Below are positions 22,250 through 32,751 of a stretch of DNA of 64,000 nt, one piece after another; the stretch's first letter is position 1; each line of letters starts with the position of its first letter. The translations under genes and the position numbers were made by a program. Source of the stretch: Cyanidioschyzon merolae (lineage: Eukaryota); assembly GCA_000091205.1 (NCBI GenBank), contig AP006501.2; one strand, 5' to 3'. The notes under the pieces are model-generated. The model searched no databases. It was not told the origin of the DNA and saw only the letters and a program-made list of their open reading frames with translations.

Positions 22250-22870
22250 CGAAGAAGAGCCAGTGACGAAGAAGCAGTTGGCGGCAGATACGCGAGAAAA
22301 GGTGTTTGTCCGACGCGATGATGACGAGACTATTGTGGCATAGAGTGGACGAGTTCCAGCAATGCTTGCATTGGTGCGTACCACCAATGCCCATGCCTGC
22401 ACGGCGTTCGTGAACTGGTACGTCAACGCCGCCATCAATTATCAGGAGGTGTGCGGTGCTGAAGATGAGACCCGAGCAGCTGACGCGATCCACGTTTATG
22501 GGACAGCCTCTGAGACTCGTACTTTGCTGGGATAAAACCTGAAAACGATAGCAGGTGGCAGGTCAAAAAACTGAACGGACTTGAGTCATCGTGGCGGTCG
22601 CCTCCACTGGAGGGCGGGTCACAGCTTTGCGCGAATGGAGCACAGACGGATCGACGTGTCTCGACTTGATCTCCAGCCGGGATTCTCCGTCCGCTACTTG
22701 TTTCATCGTGGACAATATCGTGTTCCACGAATGCTTCATCAAATGGAAAAACGAGTGCGTACGTGTACAGCAGACAGACTACTCACCAAAAGGATCGTCC
22801 AGAACAAGTCCGTGATCATCGAGTACAGCACTGGGCGCGGAAACCGAGGACTACATTGAGGTGAGCCTTC
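22250..22870 (-). repeat. Interspersed repeat family, copy C (reverse orientation)
   Basis: The reverse complement of 22680-22770 (..ttgtccacgatgaaacaagtagcggacgg..) matches the core of copies E, F and G (ttgtccgcgatgaaacaagtaccagagg). ORFs on both strands here share peptide strings with the other copies in several frames, which points to nucleotide-level rather than coding conservation. Confidence 0.55.
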
Positions 22871-24428
22871 TGTACCCGTCCATGGCTTGTAATGAGCGAT
22901 GAAGTGAGCGTTCACGCGCCACAGGGCAGCACTCGGAGGAGCATGTATGCGGGACGTGTATGGGACCACCGGACTGGCGTCAGGTGTCATCGTTGCGACA
23001 GCCGCACCGATACCCCGGAGAAGCAAGATGAAAATGGCATGCGAAGCGCAGATCGCAACGTCCTCCTGTGCCTGGAATGCCTCGCGAACAGCCGTAATCG
23101 TCGAAATCCGGACTTGGACGCCGCTTTTAACATCCTTTGACCGCGATCAACGGAACTGGAGCGTGAGATCCGTGCGTTAAAGTCTAGATATAAAGGAGAG
23201 CACAAGACAGTCGTTCCAAAAAAAGCCGCAAAAACCTGATATGTACCAGACTAGATAGAGACCCAAACCAAAGTCTGTTTGCGCGACTTGGGAAACCTGG
23301 TCTATTCTATATTCACATGGATGGAAACGTTCAGGAATATGGATCGGCAGCGAGAACGATCTCGTGGGAACCGCACCTCACGAGACGCAGAGAGCAGTCC
23401 GCTCGAGTCGCGCTGCACGCTCACAACGACGATGCAGATGCTCAGAGCGGACTCGGGTTGACATGACTCGAGCCCTGTACGCCCTCTACGCCTATCTCGC
23501 ACAGAGATGCCCGCAACCTAATCAGGGTCATCCACTCCATCGCGCGAAACGCCCATGAATTTCTCGACCAGATTTGCTTCGATCGCTTCAGTATCGCTGG
23601 CTCGTTCGCGTGCATCACGGAACGTCTTCATTTTCTGCGGGTATGCATCGCACGAGCGGGGACTGCGGTTATCGGGCCGCTCCTACTCTCCATTTTATCG
23701 CAAAGGCGTCCTGTCACCGTGCGTCGAAGGCTGCAGAACGCACAGTGCCGGCTGCAACTGCCTCTGTTGCGCTCGGCAAGCGCCCATTCGCTTCATCCAC
23801 GAAACCCCTGTTCCTAGAGAGCGTTCTGGACTGGGTGTACTGGACCTTCAAGACGTCTTTGGCAAATGCACGATCGCTGCCCTCGTGACCCACATCGTTT
23901 GCGCATTCGGGAGCGTCTGACTCCATGCATTCATTCCGCGAAACGTTAGACCAGGTACCTCAATCGATGCGTATGATACCAGGCGATGGCCAATAACAAC
24001 GTCCTTCTAAGCGATGAGGTCTGCGCAGACACCGCACCACGGCTGGAGCACGTGCATCCTACAAACACATAGACATGCGACCAGGTGCTTTTGCCGCGAA
24101 ACAATCTCGTAACTGCCTTGCAGCGTTCATTCGTTCCTTCGCTGGGTAGCGACGCTCGCTGTAGCTTACAGGGTGCGTTGGGTCTGATTTCGGCAGGTGA
24201 AGCAGGTTATCTACCAGTTTGGGTTTGTCTGGTTTGGTCTCCACGGGAGGCAAGCCCGGGGCCTGTTCCGCCAAGCGCACCTGGAAGAGGGTCCGTGGTT
24301 GGGCACGGAGGGCGCTCCCGAGGTCACTACGGCACGGTTGTGGATCGCACGACTACATTTGAGCGTTTGCCAGCGGACCCTGCGAAGCCGGTAAACCTCT
24401 CGCCAGAATCAGACCGACAGCTGACTCC

Positions 24429-25514
24429 ATGGGGTCGCTCAGCTCCTGGTTTGCCGCGCCACGCGCACTTCGGTGGACCCGTCTCTGGCTCACGCTGTTG
24501 ATCGTTTTACTCGGGGTGCACCTTCGGACAGATGCGGCACTACCTGTGGCAGAAGTTGCCAGCGGTGACGGCACCTCGGAGAGCGGGAGCTCTGGAACGC
24601 AACCGAACGTGCCTGTACGTGTTCAGCTTCCGTTGGAAGCGAAACGGCAGTCGCTCGAGCGAGAACGCGCTGAACTCCTCAGAGACGCCCAGCTTGGCCG
24701 CCTTAGCCTCCGGGATCCAGCAGTCCAGGAAAAGCTGCGCAAGCTGAACGAGGGCTTGCTCCGATTGCAACCGTTGATACGGAGAAACCCTGCAAATGCG
24801 GAGAGCGAACAACGCCCGAACTCGGGGCCGCCTCCAGACCACGGAACCCAGTCCGGGGAGCATCGACATCGACCACATGAGCTCGGCGAGGAACTCGCCA
24901 TCGAGTGCTTGACACCGGACCTCAGCAGCTGGGAACCGATGCAGTGTCGCAACCAACAAGATCCAGTTGTTATTCGCTTTGGTCTGGATACGGATTTCCA
25001 GTGCAGCTGGCCACTCGAGAGCGATGCTGCATACACACTCTTGCGTGATGCACTAGCCATGCAGCGCGCTATTCACTGCCGTGTGCCGCTGGACAACGAG
25101 CTATCCGCGGGACACTTGCGTTTTTTCGCTCCAGTAACGATCACGCTCTGGGGCATTGCCGAGGGCTCTCATCTCCATGTGAATACTCATGTGAACTTCG
25201 TTTTCCATGCCCACCGGGGATACATTCTAGGTGCAGCAGCGTATTCTGTGCGAGATCATTTTCAGATTGTACAGCCTGGTGGTGTACTACAGCTTCATGG
25301 CAAAGTTCACTGGTTTGACGGCCACGCGTTTGTGCCGTACGTTCACGAACCTTTCCGCCTGCCGCCAGCGGCGGCGCGTCGTCTGACCAGTGCCGTACTG
25401 GCATTGTGGCTTTCAACGCTCGTGCTCAGCGGAGTCGTGTTCACGCTATTCTACAAGAAAGTACTGAAAGTGCGTTTGATTCGTCGACTTGACCCCACGT
25501 TTAAAGCTGAATAG
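24429..25514 (+). CDS. Hypothetical secreted/type-I membrane protein (signal peptide, Q/E-rich coiled region, conserved His-rich domain, C-terminal TM)
   Basis: 361-aa ORF with an N-terminal hydrophobic signal (LRWTRLWLTLLIVLLGVHL) and a C-terminal TM (LTSAVLALWLSTLVLSGVVFTLFY) followed by a basic tail. I do not recognise a family. Confidence 0.5.
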   Translation: MGSLSSWFAAPRALRWTRLWLTLLIVLLGVHLRTDAALPVAEVASGDGTSESGSSGTQPNVPVRVQLPLEAKRQSLERERAELLRDAQLGRLSLRDPAVQEKLRKLNEGLLRLQPLIRRNPANAESEQRPNSGPPPDHGTQSGEHRHRPHELGEELAIECLTPDLSSWEPMQCRNQQDPVVIRFGLDTDFQCSWPLESDAAYTLLRDALAMQRAIHCRVPLDNELSAGHLRFFAPVTITLWGIAEGSHLHVNTHVNFVFHAHRGYILGAAAYSVRDHFQIVQPGGVLQLHGKVHWFDGHAFVPYVHEPFRLPPAAARRLTSAVLALWLSTLVLSGVVFTLFYKKVLKVRLIRRLDPTFKAE

Positions 25515-25518
25515 GTCT

Positions 25519-26736
25519 ATGCAGAGCGAAGGCACTGTTTACCGGCACCGAGCGCGTTGCACGCTGTTTGTCGGGGTCGCTGCTCCGTTCGGACTATGCA
25601 CCACGAAGAGGCACCTAGGGCTCCTTTCGGCACAACGGCCGAGTCAACGGTATCTGCGTTCAGGCCTGGGTCCTGTGGACAGCTCCATGGGGTCTCGCAG
25701 CAGCGCTCGAGTGTCGGCGGCGCTGGTACACGACACTCGCTGGGGAGTCGGTACGAGCGCTGCGCAGCCGAGGGTATCAGAAACGATCTTGTCACGAGGA
25801 CTGGCGACGATTTTTTCGCTTCTGCTCTGGCAAGACTTGCAGGATACGGCAGCGTATGCGGCAGAGCATACCAGGACGCAAGCACGAGCTCAGTGGGTGA
25901 ACCACCACACCGAGGAAGCGACGCGCTGGGGATCGTTACCCCTGCTTGCGGACTCAACACAGCCCCAGGGTCAAGACGGGAACCTGTCAACCAAACTTCT
26001 CCCTGATGTTGTGGATACCGACGGTCAACCGCGTGTCATTCTTGATCTGGCTCGAGCTCTGAGCTCCTTCGAATATGAGCAGCTGCGCACTCGAATCCAC
26101 CACATCGAGGCTACCACTGGATACCGGGTTCGTATTCTGACACAACGCTTTGAAACGGTTGGGCGAGCGATCAGCAGCTATTTCGGGTTACAGGATCAAC
26201 GGAGTATACTCATTGTGCTCGATGAGCGGAGCGGCAATGTGCTCAATTTTCGCGTTGGTGATCAAGTTACAGCGCGTTTTCCGTCCTCGTTCTGGCTGGA
26301 GTTACAGGGACGGTACGGCAATCAGTTTTACGTACGAGAGCACGGCGAGTACGGTGTGCTGGATGCCTGCATTCGGGCGATGGAGACTTGTCTCCAAGAT
26401 GGGCGTATCTGCCGCTTTGTACCTGGATTCGGACGCGATCAGTGGGCACTAAGTTTTCTCATGTCACTTCTCGGAGGGGCGGTGATCGGGTTTACGGCAC
26501 GCACCCCACAGGACGGGAAAGAGGCGAGTACGCCGAACTGGCGCTGGGTTCTGGTGTTCTCCCCGCTCTGGGCGATATTTCTAGTCTCGTTCGGCACACT
26601 ACCGATTGTGGCACGAGAGGGCTGGTGGAATCGCGACCTCATCGCGAACTGGGCTGGAGCTGTTCTCGTGGCAACCGCGTTTTGGTACGCCATTCCGCGT
26701 GTGTTTCCGAATGGCCCCGGGGATCGTGCTCGCTGA
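25519..26736 (+). CDS. TPM-domain (TLP18.3/Psb32/MOLO-1-like, DUF477) protein with C-terminal transmembrane helices
   Basis: The central region YRVRILTQRFETVGRAISSYFGLQDQRSILIVLDERSGNVLNFRVGDQVTARF...LELQGRYGNQFYVREHGEYGVLDACIRAMETC fits the TPM-domain pattern. It is followed by 3 hydrophobic helices. The start is taken as the Met at 25519 because the track ORF (from 25489) overlaps the stop of the upstream gene. Confidence 0.5.
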   Translation: MQSEGTVYRHRARCTLFVGVAAPFGLCTTKRHLGLLSAQRPSQRYLRSGLGPVDSSMGSRSSARVSAALVHDTRWGVGTSAAQPRVSETILSRGLATIFSLLLWQDLQDTAAYAAEHTRTQARAQWVNHHTEEATRWGSLPLLADSTQPQGQDGNLSTKLLPDVVDTDGQPRVILDLARALSSFEYEQLRTRIHHIEATTGYRVRILTQRFETVGRAISSYFGLQDQRSILIVLDERSGNVLNFRVGDQVTARFPSSFWLELQGRYGNQFYVREHGEYGVLDACIRAMETCLQDGRICRFVPGFGRDQWALSFLMSLLGGAVIGFTARTPQDGKEASTPNWRWVLVFSPLWAIFLVSFGTLPIVAREGWWNRDLIANWAGAVLVATAFWYAIPRVFPNGPGDRAR

Positions 26737-27904
26737 CCTCCTTCGTACCGTGAACGTCTCGCTCGAGTGCGATCACCTGCAAGGTGTATCAGCGGGGTTC
26801 GGGGGGCGTTCTCGATATGCAGTGGTGAAATCGCATACGGCATGGTAGGTCATGCATCGCAGTCTGTATAGGATGGTGTCGAGTGGACGCTGAATTGCTG
26901 CGGTTGGCGTTCACTGTTCTCCAGGTGCTCCAGAAGGTGCACGCCAACACAGCGTTGGGTATTGCGCTGGTGCGTATGCTGCCGGTAAGCGTGCGCTCGT
27001 CGAAAAAGCGGGACTTGTGAAAGGCATCCACGTGGAAAGCGTTCATGTGCATATACGAAAGATGCCGTGAAACAGAATACGTTTGCGCTTCCATGCTATA
27101 TAACGGGTCCATGAGCACAGCGGCATCATCATCATCTGTACAGAGCATGCCGGAGTGTCCGCAGCAGGAGACGTGACACGCTTTCTGGTCCTTGCACGGG
27201 AGCAAGCGCTTGCCATGGAATCATCGTATCTACAGGAGTGCGCTCGAATACGAGTAGCTGTGCGTATGGCTGGCAGCGTACGCCGTTGTACGACCCTCGA
27301 AACACAAATGAAAGCGTCTCCTTCACATACATTTGCACACGATTCTGATTTGAACGTATTTGGCGCACGAGTTTCAGACAGGCTCGGTGACCCTGCGTCT
27401 TGAGCGCGTGTCAACGCTATCGTCTTTCAGGGCGAACGACTGGCATGACGCCAGTAGCGGAGTCGGGTTCAGCGGTCGTCATGGCGCACAGATTCATCCG
27501 GCGGTGCATGAACGCCAGGTACGCACCAGGAAGAGATAGAGCGGATCATTCGTGCAATGGAGCTGAGGCTAGCACCATTTGATGCAGCCAGTGGTTTGCG
27601 AAATGCGATTCTACGCATGCACCGAATGGTATCGGTCGAGGTCTGTTTCAACCGCACGGCATAGAGCAGGTCCAACGATAGTGTCGAGCGCGCGGAGCCT
27701 GCAACGCGATGTCCGGCACCGAGAGGCATGACACAGAGCGTGCCAGGCGCGGTATAAAAACGCAACTGCTGACTTGAGTCTGCTGTTTGGCCTTGCAACA
27801 GATCCATTCGGTGCTCGGTCGCAATCATTCATTTGGCAAGGTTTCCTCTGACCCCAGTCATCGTGACCTTTGCATCGCGCGTGAGTGCTGCGGTCTCTTA
27901 GCGC

Positions 27905-28660
27905 TCAGAAAAACAGACGCTTGGGAACAGTCATCGGCAAATAGATACGCGGCGGCCTGTATCGCATATCTGCATACGCAATAGGTCTTGGATGCATTGT
28001 CACCGTTGTAGGGTTTTCGTCACCGAAACTGAAACGAGTGCTAAGCGCGTCCCACTCTTCGCGAAAGCTCCCTGCGAGCGACGCCAGCGATATACCCCGA
28101 GCGGTTGGCTCGACATCGCACCAGGGAGCGGGCAACAGGTCACCCGGGGAACGGGGCACCTGGCAGTTCGGGACACCTCGACTGAGAGCAAGCGTCCGAC
28201 TCAGCGCCTTGTAAAACTCGTCCAGCCCAGCACACATCTGCGCCTCAATGTCCAACCGGGCTGCGTGCGGGTAAAAGGCACTCTCAACAAACGGTAGAAC
28301 TTGACACTCCAGGTGGTTGTGCGAGCTCCAGAACCAGTCCGCGAGCACCCGTAACTCGCCTAGCGCCGACAAGGGCACCTCAAACGCTCGTAAAGTCACG
28401 CTTGGTTGTGGTGTCCATACGAATACCAACCGTTGTAGTGTCAGGAAGCATTCACCGACGCCAAAGAGTTCGAGACTACAACACAGCTCTTGGGTACTCG
28501 AGTTGGCGGCAGGCTGGGCACGCAGCCGAAAGCTCACAGTCGTCTCTCGATAAACAAGCAGGTCAGGGTTACCGAGCTCTCTCGAGGCACCACGTCCGTC
28601 AGCGTTGTGTGCTGGTGTCACCTGCCCGGTTGCTAGCGGAAGCAACGGGTTCAAGGCCAT
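27905..28660 (-). CDS. Hypothetical protein (251-aa ORF in an otherwise empty intergenic interval)
   Basis: Longest ORF in the 26.7-28.8 kb interval. Composition is not extreme, and there is no recognisable domain. It could be a spurious GC-rich ORF. Confidence 0.3.
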   Translation of the reverse strand: MALNPLLPLATGQVTPAHNADGRGASRELGNPDLLVYRETTVSFRLRAQPAANSSTQELCCSLELFGVGECFLTLQRLVFVWTPQPSVTLRAFEVPLSALGELRVLADWFWSSHNHLECQVLPFVESAFYPHAARLDIEAQMCAGLDEFYKALSRTLALSRGVPNCQVPRSPGDLLPAPWCDVEPTARGISLASLAGSFREEWDALSTRFSFGDENPTTVTMHPRPIAYADMRYRPPRIYLPMTVPKRLFF

Positions 28661-28800
28661 ACCCGAGAAGGTCCATAACCCGGGGAGGCGTGTAGCTTGC
28701 CCCGCGAGTCTCGCTACAGAGACGCCGTTCCGGATGTGCGACGCCGCCTCCTTGGTGCAAAGGGTCCCGTTTAGGAAAGTTTCGCAGCGAAGGGTACCCT

Positions 28801-31800
28801 ATGCCGAGAACAGGCTCGGACAGGACAAAATTGAGTGACACTTTATCAGGGACACCTCAAGCAGAGAGAACTGTGCGGCGCTCCTGTCGTCTGGCCCAGA
28901 AAACTGGTCTCGAGCCGGTGGTACCACCAACGACAAGTGACAGGGTGCGAAGCGCACGAACGGAGTCGTCGAGTGATCCTAGCTCGGAGCCTGATAAAGA
29001 GCCAAGCTCTTTGAAAGTCTGTCAAAGGCAACGCGCTGGTAACAGAGGTACTGTGTCGCAGAAAGATGGTGCTTCGGAGACGGAGCAGGCGCCTGTCGCA
29101 CCAGTAGAGACGCCGGTGCGCCTACCAGTCGTCCGCCGACGATCCCGGCGAGTGCAAGCCGCAAAAGATGTTCCAGTTAGTGAACCAGAAACCGCAACAT
29201 CGAAGGAGCACCAGACGGCACGAGACAGTGCGGCTCCAGGCATGCACCATAGCGCGAATAACGCAAACATACCCTCAGCGCAAGCAGGTTCAGCCTCCGT
29301 AGCTTTTGCACAGACCACGCGCAAGGTATTCCCGACTGAGGAGCCTGCTTCAGATTCCAGACACCCAGCATCAGCATCAGCAGAATCAGCATCAGCATCA
29401 GCAGAATCAGCATCAGCAGAAGAGCGTACACCTGCAATTTCGGCGAATGCGTCTGTGCTGGGGACTGGAGCGCCTACCTCCCCATCAAATGGGGTGCTTG
29501 CCCCTGACTACAGACGTTCAGCATCCACACGAGACCGCCGGTTGTCGGAGCAAGTCGACAGCGCACGCCCCAGGGCGGAATGGCTTCGCGAGGCGCCGCC
29601 ATTATCAGATGCTTGCCCTTCGTTACAGCAGCCTACAGCGCAATGGAATCGATCCCAGCGGAAACGTGACCCATGCTCCGATTCACTGGGAACATCCGGC
29701 TCGCCTTCGAGACGCCGTCGCGTGATCAACACAGCGAGAGCGTCAGAACGGGTTACCTCTTCGACATCAGTGCCACCTACACCGACATTGTCACCGGCTA
29801 GTACTCAGGCGCTGGCCGCTAGTGCGGCATCCACGGCAGATACAGGATACACTGCAGCAGGCAAGCTCGATGAGCGCTGCGCTCTGTCAGCGAGTACCGA
29901 TGATGGCGGCGACGTACCTGCACACCGTCCATGTTCATCGACAGCGCCTGCCTATCGGGATGCATCAGAGCGGCCAGCGGAAAAGCGCTGCTCCACCGAC
30001 GTCCGCGAATATCGCTCCGGGCATGCAGCGTCGACCTGGAATGCAGCACATGGACGTGCCGCTGGCTTGGTGCCGCATTCATCCCAGAATTCGGCTACGC
30101 AGTCAGCAGCAGCAGCAGCAGCAGCACAGGTATCGCACCCAGTTGCTCCAAAGATGCGCAATCAAGGATCTAGGTGTCTGTCCGAGCACGCTCAAAGTGA
30201 GTCTTCTCCCGATCTGCGTGAGATGGTATTGAAGCAGCGCATCCGAAGAGCGCTCGCGAGTGTACGAGAACCTTTGCCAACGACAGCAGGGGACACAGGT
30301 GCGGAACCAGCGCTCAGCGATGCTTCATGTGCGCGCTTTCCCGTCCAGCAGTCTACGACAGTTTATGCGGATGCTCGTTCACAGATGTCGTGTGCCTCAG
30401 GTCTGGACAGGCCCCATGGGCGCTCGTCGAATCAGCAGCACCAGCACGAGCACCATCAACAGCAACTGCGGATTCGCCAAAGTTCGCCACAGAGCCAGGT
30501 TGCGCGTGATGCTCACAGGTGTGCTGGCGCTGGCCCGCTCGAGCACCAGTTCCGTAGCCGTAATTGCACCCCAGATGACAGGCACTCGAGTCACCGTGAA
30601 TCTCCGCAGCGAAAGCGAATGCCAAATGAGCGGTCTGCAATGATCGCTCAAGCACCTGTTCGTGCAGTCTTTCCAGCGCAAGGCACGGCACTGGTAGACC
30701 CGCATGCATCGAAACCGCTCCTCATGGCATCGAAACATGAATGGGCGTTGATGGCAAGTGCGAAGAAAGCGAGCCCATCCCCGATGCCGCTTCGAGCTCA
30801 CGTGCCTGCCGCAACTGAACCACGTGAGCACTACAGACCGCCGGATATCGGGCGCGTTGCCGATGAAGCCGCCAAACTGGTCAAGGCTGCTGCTGCTGCT
30901 GGTGCTGGTGTTGCTGGTGGTGGTGGTGCTTCCACTGAGGCGGAGCCCCCGGCCCGGATGGCCACGAGAGCCGCCCTCGGTGTTGCAGCGCATTCTTCGG
31001 ACGCTGAAGCAGAGCTGCTCTGCATGCTGTGGCTGCATGGTCCGGATGTGTCGAGTCAGCCAGCTCGACGGCTAATCCTGCGGAACCTGCCTCCTTCAAC
31101 AAATGAGCACGACCTGTATAGCTATCTGGTGCACGTCATGGCGGCTACATGTTGTTTCGCCTACGATTATATCGGATGGCATCAACGGTTTGCGCATTGG
31201 CATGCAAAGCAACGTCGAGCTGCTGGTATGCTCGCTGCAGCAGGCCGATACAGACAGCAGAGCGAACGGCTTCCGGAGCGGAACGACGCTCGGGGTCCCG
31301 GTGTCAATGAATCCTCAAGAGGCCAAGCTCAGAGCAGTCTTCTGCGGGAGCTTCGTTTAACGCCCGTCTGGGAACTGCAGGTGCTTTGGAAAAGTCGCAC
31401 CGCCTTTGTCGAGTGTCTCACTGTCCAGGAAACGACTGGCCTGGTGCAGTTGAGCGGTTTGCTCTTCCAGGGATACCAAATAGTGATCTCGCGACCGCGT
31501 GAATTCGACGCGGAACTCTGGTTGAGCTCGAATCCACTTCCAGCGGAAGCAGCTGAGGCTCTGCGACTGCCTCCAGCTCGTTTTCACCGAGCCGCTGTGG
31601 CGGAGAGTCAAATGAGCCCCAACGTTTGGCCTGCATCCGATTCACGGACACCAGCAGGAGCGTTTTACGGCCATATCCGCGGCATTCCTCTTCATCTCAC
31701 CGAATATACGATGATTCAGTGGTTACGCACAGCGCTGGTCGGTTGGCCGTGGCAGCTCAGTGCGTTTCATTTGGCCAGAGAGGGGCGCTCAGGCCTGAGT

Positions 31801-32751
31801 CGGGGCTTTGCGCACTTCCGCCTGGATCGATGCAGAGCCGCAGACTGCACCTCGTTGGACCAGGGCGTCACAAATGCGACGCAAGCAGCTTCTGAGATGC
31901 GCACCGTTGCGTCAGAGCGTCTCGCAACAGTGGATCCCGAAGTGGAACGCCTTGTCGAGCATCTGCGTTCGCATCTGCTACCAGGGCTCTCACGTCCGCT
32001 GATCATTCGGCAAGCGAACCCTATGCACCCACGAGAGAGCAAGTCGACACCCGAAGCACCAGATGCACAGGGCGAAGCGTGCTCTCCCCGGGTACCGCAT
32101 CATGCGGCTTCTGCTGCGGATGTCTCGGAAAACGCCTCAGCGTCGATGGTCACAGCGCATGTGGACGGCAGGAGCACGGAAGCAAGTGTGCTCGCGCTCG
32201 TGCGTCTTCTGCGTCCGGAGCTCTTCGCGGATACGCAAGAGCGGACTGAAGCCATCGATGACGTCACAGAGGAGCTGCGTCAGTATGGATCCATCGAGGA
32301 GGTGGCATTGGACGAGCGCCCCAATGAACCCGAGGCCGGCACCGTGTACGTTCGTTTCACCAAAGCTGCTGACGCGGCCGCCGCGGCCGACGCCATGCAG
32401 CACAGACGCTTCGAGCAGCGTCCAGTGAATGCCGAACTTCTCAGTGTCTTCGACATGAGAGCTCGCCTCGGCGATACCAGGTCCATGCAGCAAACCGTGG
32501 TCGTTCTACCGGAGGTGGTGGACCCACAAGCCTTTCTAGATGAGGAGGAACGTGCGGATATCGCCATGGATATCAGAGAGGAAATGCTTCAGTTCGCTGA
32601 AAAGGTGGAGGTAGAGATTCCGCTTCCACCGCATCCCGAGGCCGGCGCAGCGTTCATTCGTTTTCCTGACCGAGTCAGTGCTGAGAAGGCTCTGTCGTCG
32701 TTACAGGGTCGCTTTTTCGACGGAAGACCGGTGCGGCCCTACCTGCGGTAA
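28801..32751 (+). CDS. Large (1316 aa) low-complexity S/A/Q/R-rich protein with C-terminal RRM/UHM-like domains (U2AF65/RBM39/PUF60-like tail)
   Basis: Continuous 3.95-kb ORF. The C-terminus has DVTEELRQYGSIEEVALDE...GTVYVRFTKAADAAAAADAMQHRRFEQRPVNAELL and DIREEMLQFAEKVEVEIPLPPHPEAGAAFIRFPDRVSAEKALSSLQGRFFDGRPVRPY, resembling U2AF-homology motifs. There is an earlier LILRNLPP RNP2-like strand. Internal hexamer/18-bp repeats encode SASAESASAE. Confidence 0.6.
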   Translation: MPRTGSDRTKLSDTLSGTPQAERTVRRSCRLAQKTGLEPVVPPTTSDRVRSARTESSSDPSSEPDKEPSSLKVCQRQRAGNRGTVSQKDGASETEQAPVAPVETPVRLPVVRRRSRRVQAAKDVPVSEPETATSKEHQTARDSAAPGMHHSANNANIPSAQAGSASVAFAQTTRKVFPTEEPASDSRHPASASAESASASAESASAEERTPAISANASVLGTGAPTSPSNGVLAPDYRRSASTRDRRLSEQVDSARPRAEWLREAPPLSDACPSLQQPTAQWNRSQRKRDPCSDSLGTSGSPSRRRRVINTARASERVTSSTSVPPTPTLSPASTQALAASAASTADTGYTAAGKLDERCALSASTDDGGDVPAHRPCSSTAPAYRDASERPAEKRCSTDVREYRSGHAASTWNAAHGRAAGLVPHSSQNSATQSAAAAAAAQVSHPVAPKMRNQGSRCLSEHAQSESSPDLREMVLKQRIRRALASVREPLPTTAGDTGAEPALSDASCARFPVQQSTTVYADARSQMSCASGLDRPHGRSSNQQHQHEHHQQQLRIRQSSPQSQVARDAHRCAGAGPLEHQFRSRNCTPDDRHSSHRESPQRKRMPNERSAMIAQAPVRAVFPAQGTALVDPHASKPLLMASKHEWALMASAKKASPSPMPLRAHVPAATEPREHYRPPDIGRVADEAAKLVKAAAAAGAGVAGGGGASTEAEPPARMATRAALGVAAHSSDAEAELLCMLWLHGPDVSSQPARRLILRNLPPSTNEHDLYSYLVHVMAATCCFAYDYIGWHQRFAHWHAKQRRAAGMLAAAGRYRQQSERLPERNDARGPGVNESSRGQAQSSLLRELRLTPVWELQVLWKSRTAFVECLTVQETTGLVQLSGLLFQGYQIVISRPREFDAELWLSSNPLPAEAAEALRLPPARFHRAAVAESQMSPNVWPASDSRTPAGAFYGHIRGIPLHLTEYTMIQWLRTALVGWPWQLSAFHLAREGRSGLSRGFAHFRLDRCRAADCTSLDQGVTNATQAASEMRTVASERLATVDPEVERLVEHLRSHLLPGLSRPLIIRQANPMHPRESKSTPEAPDAQGEACSPRVPHHAASAADVSENASASMVTAHVDGRSTEASVLALVRLLRPELFADTQERTEAIDDVTEELRQYGSIEEVALDERPNEPEAGTVYVRFTKAADAAAAADAMQHRRFEQRPVNAELLSVFDMRARLGDTRSMQQTVVVLPEVVDPQAFLDEEERADIAMDIREEMLQFAEKVEVEIPLPPHPEAGAAFIRFPDRVSAEKALSSLQGRFFDGRPVRPYLR

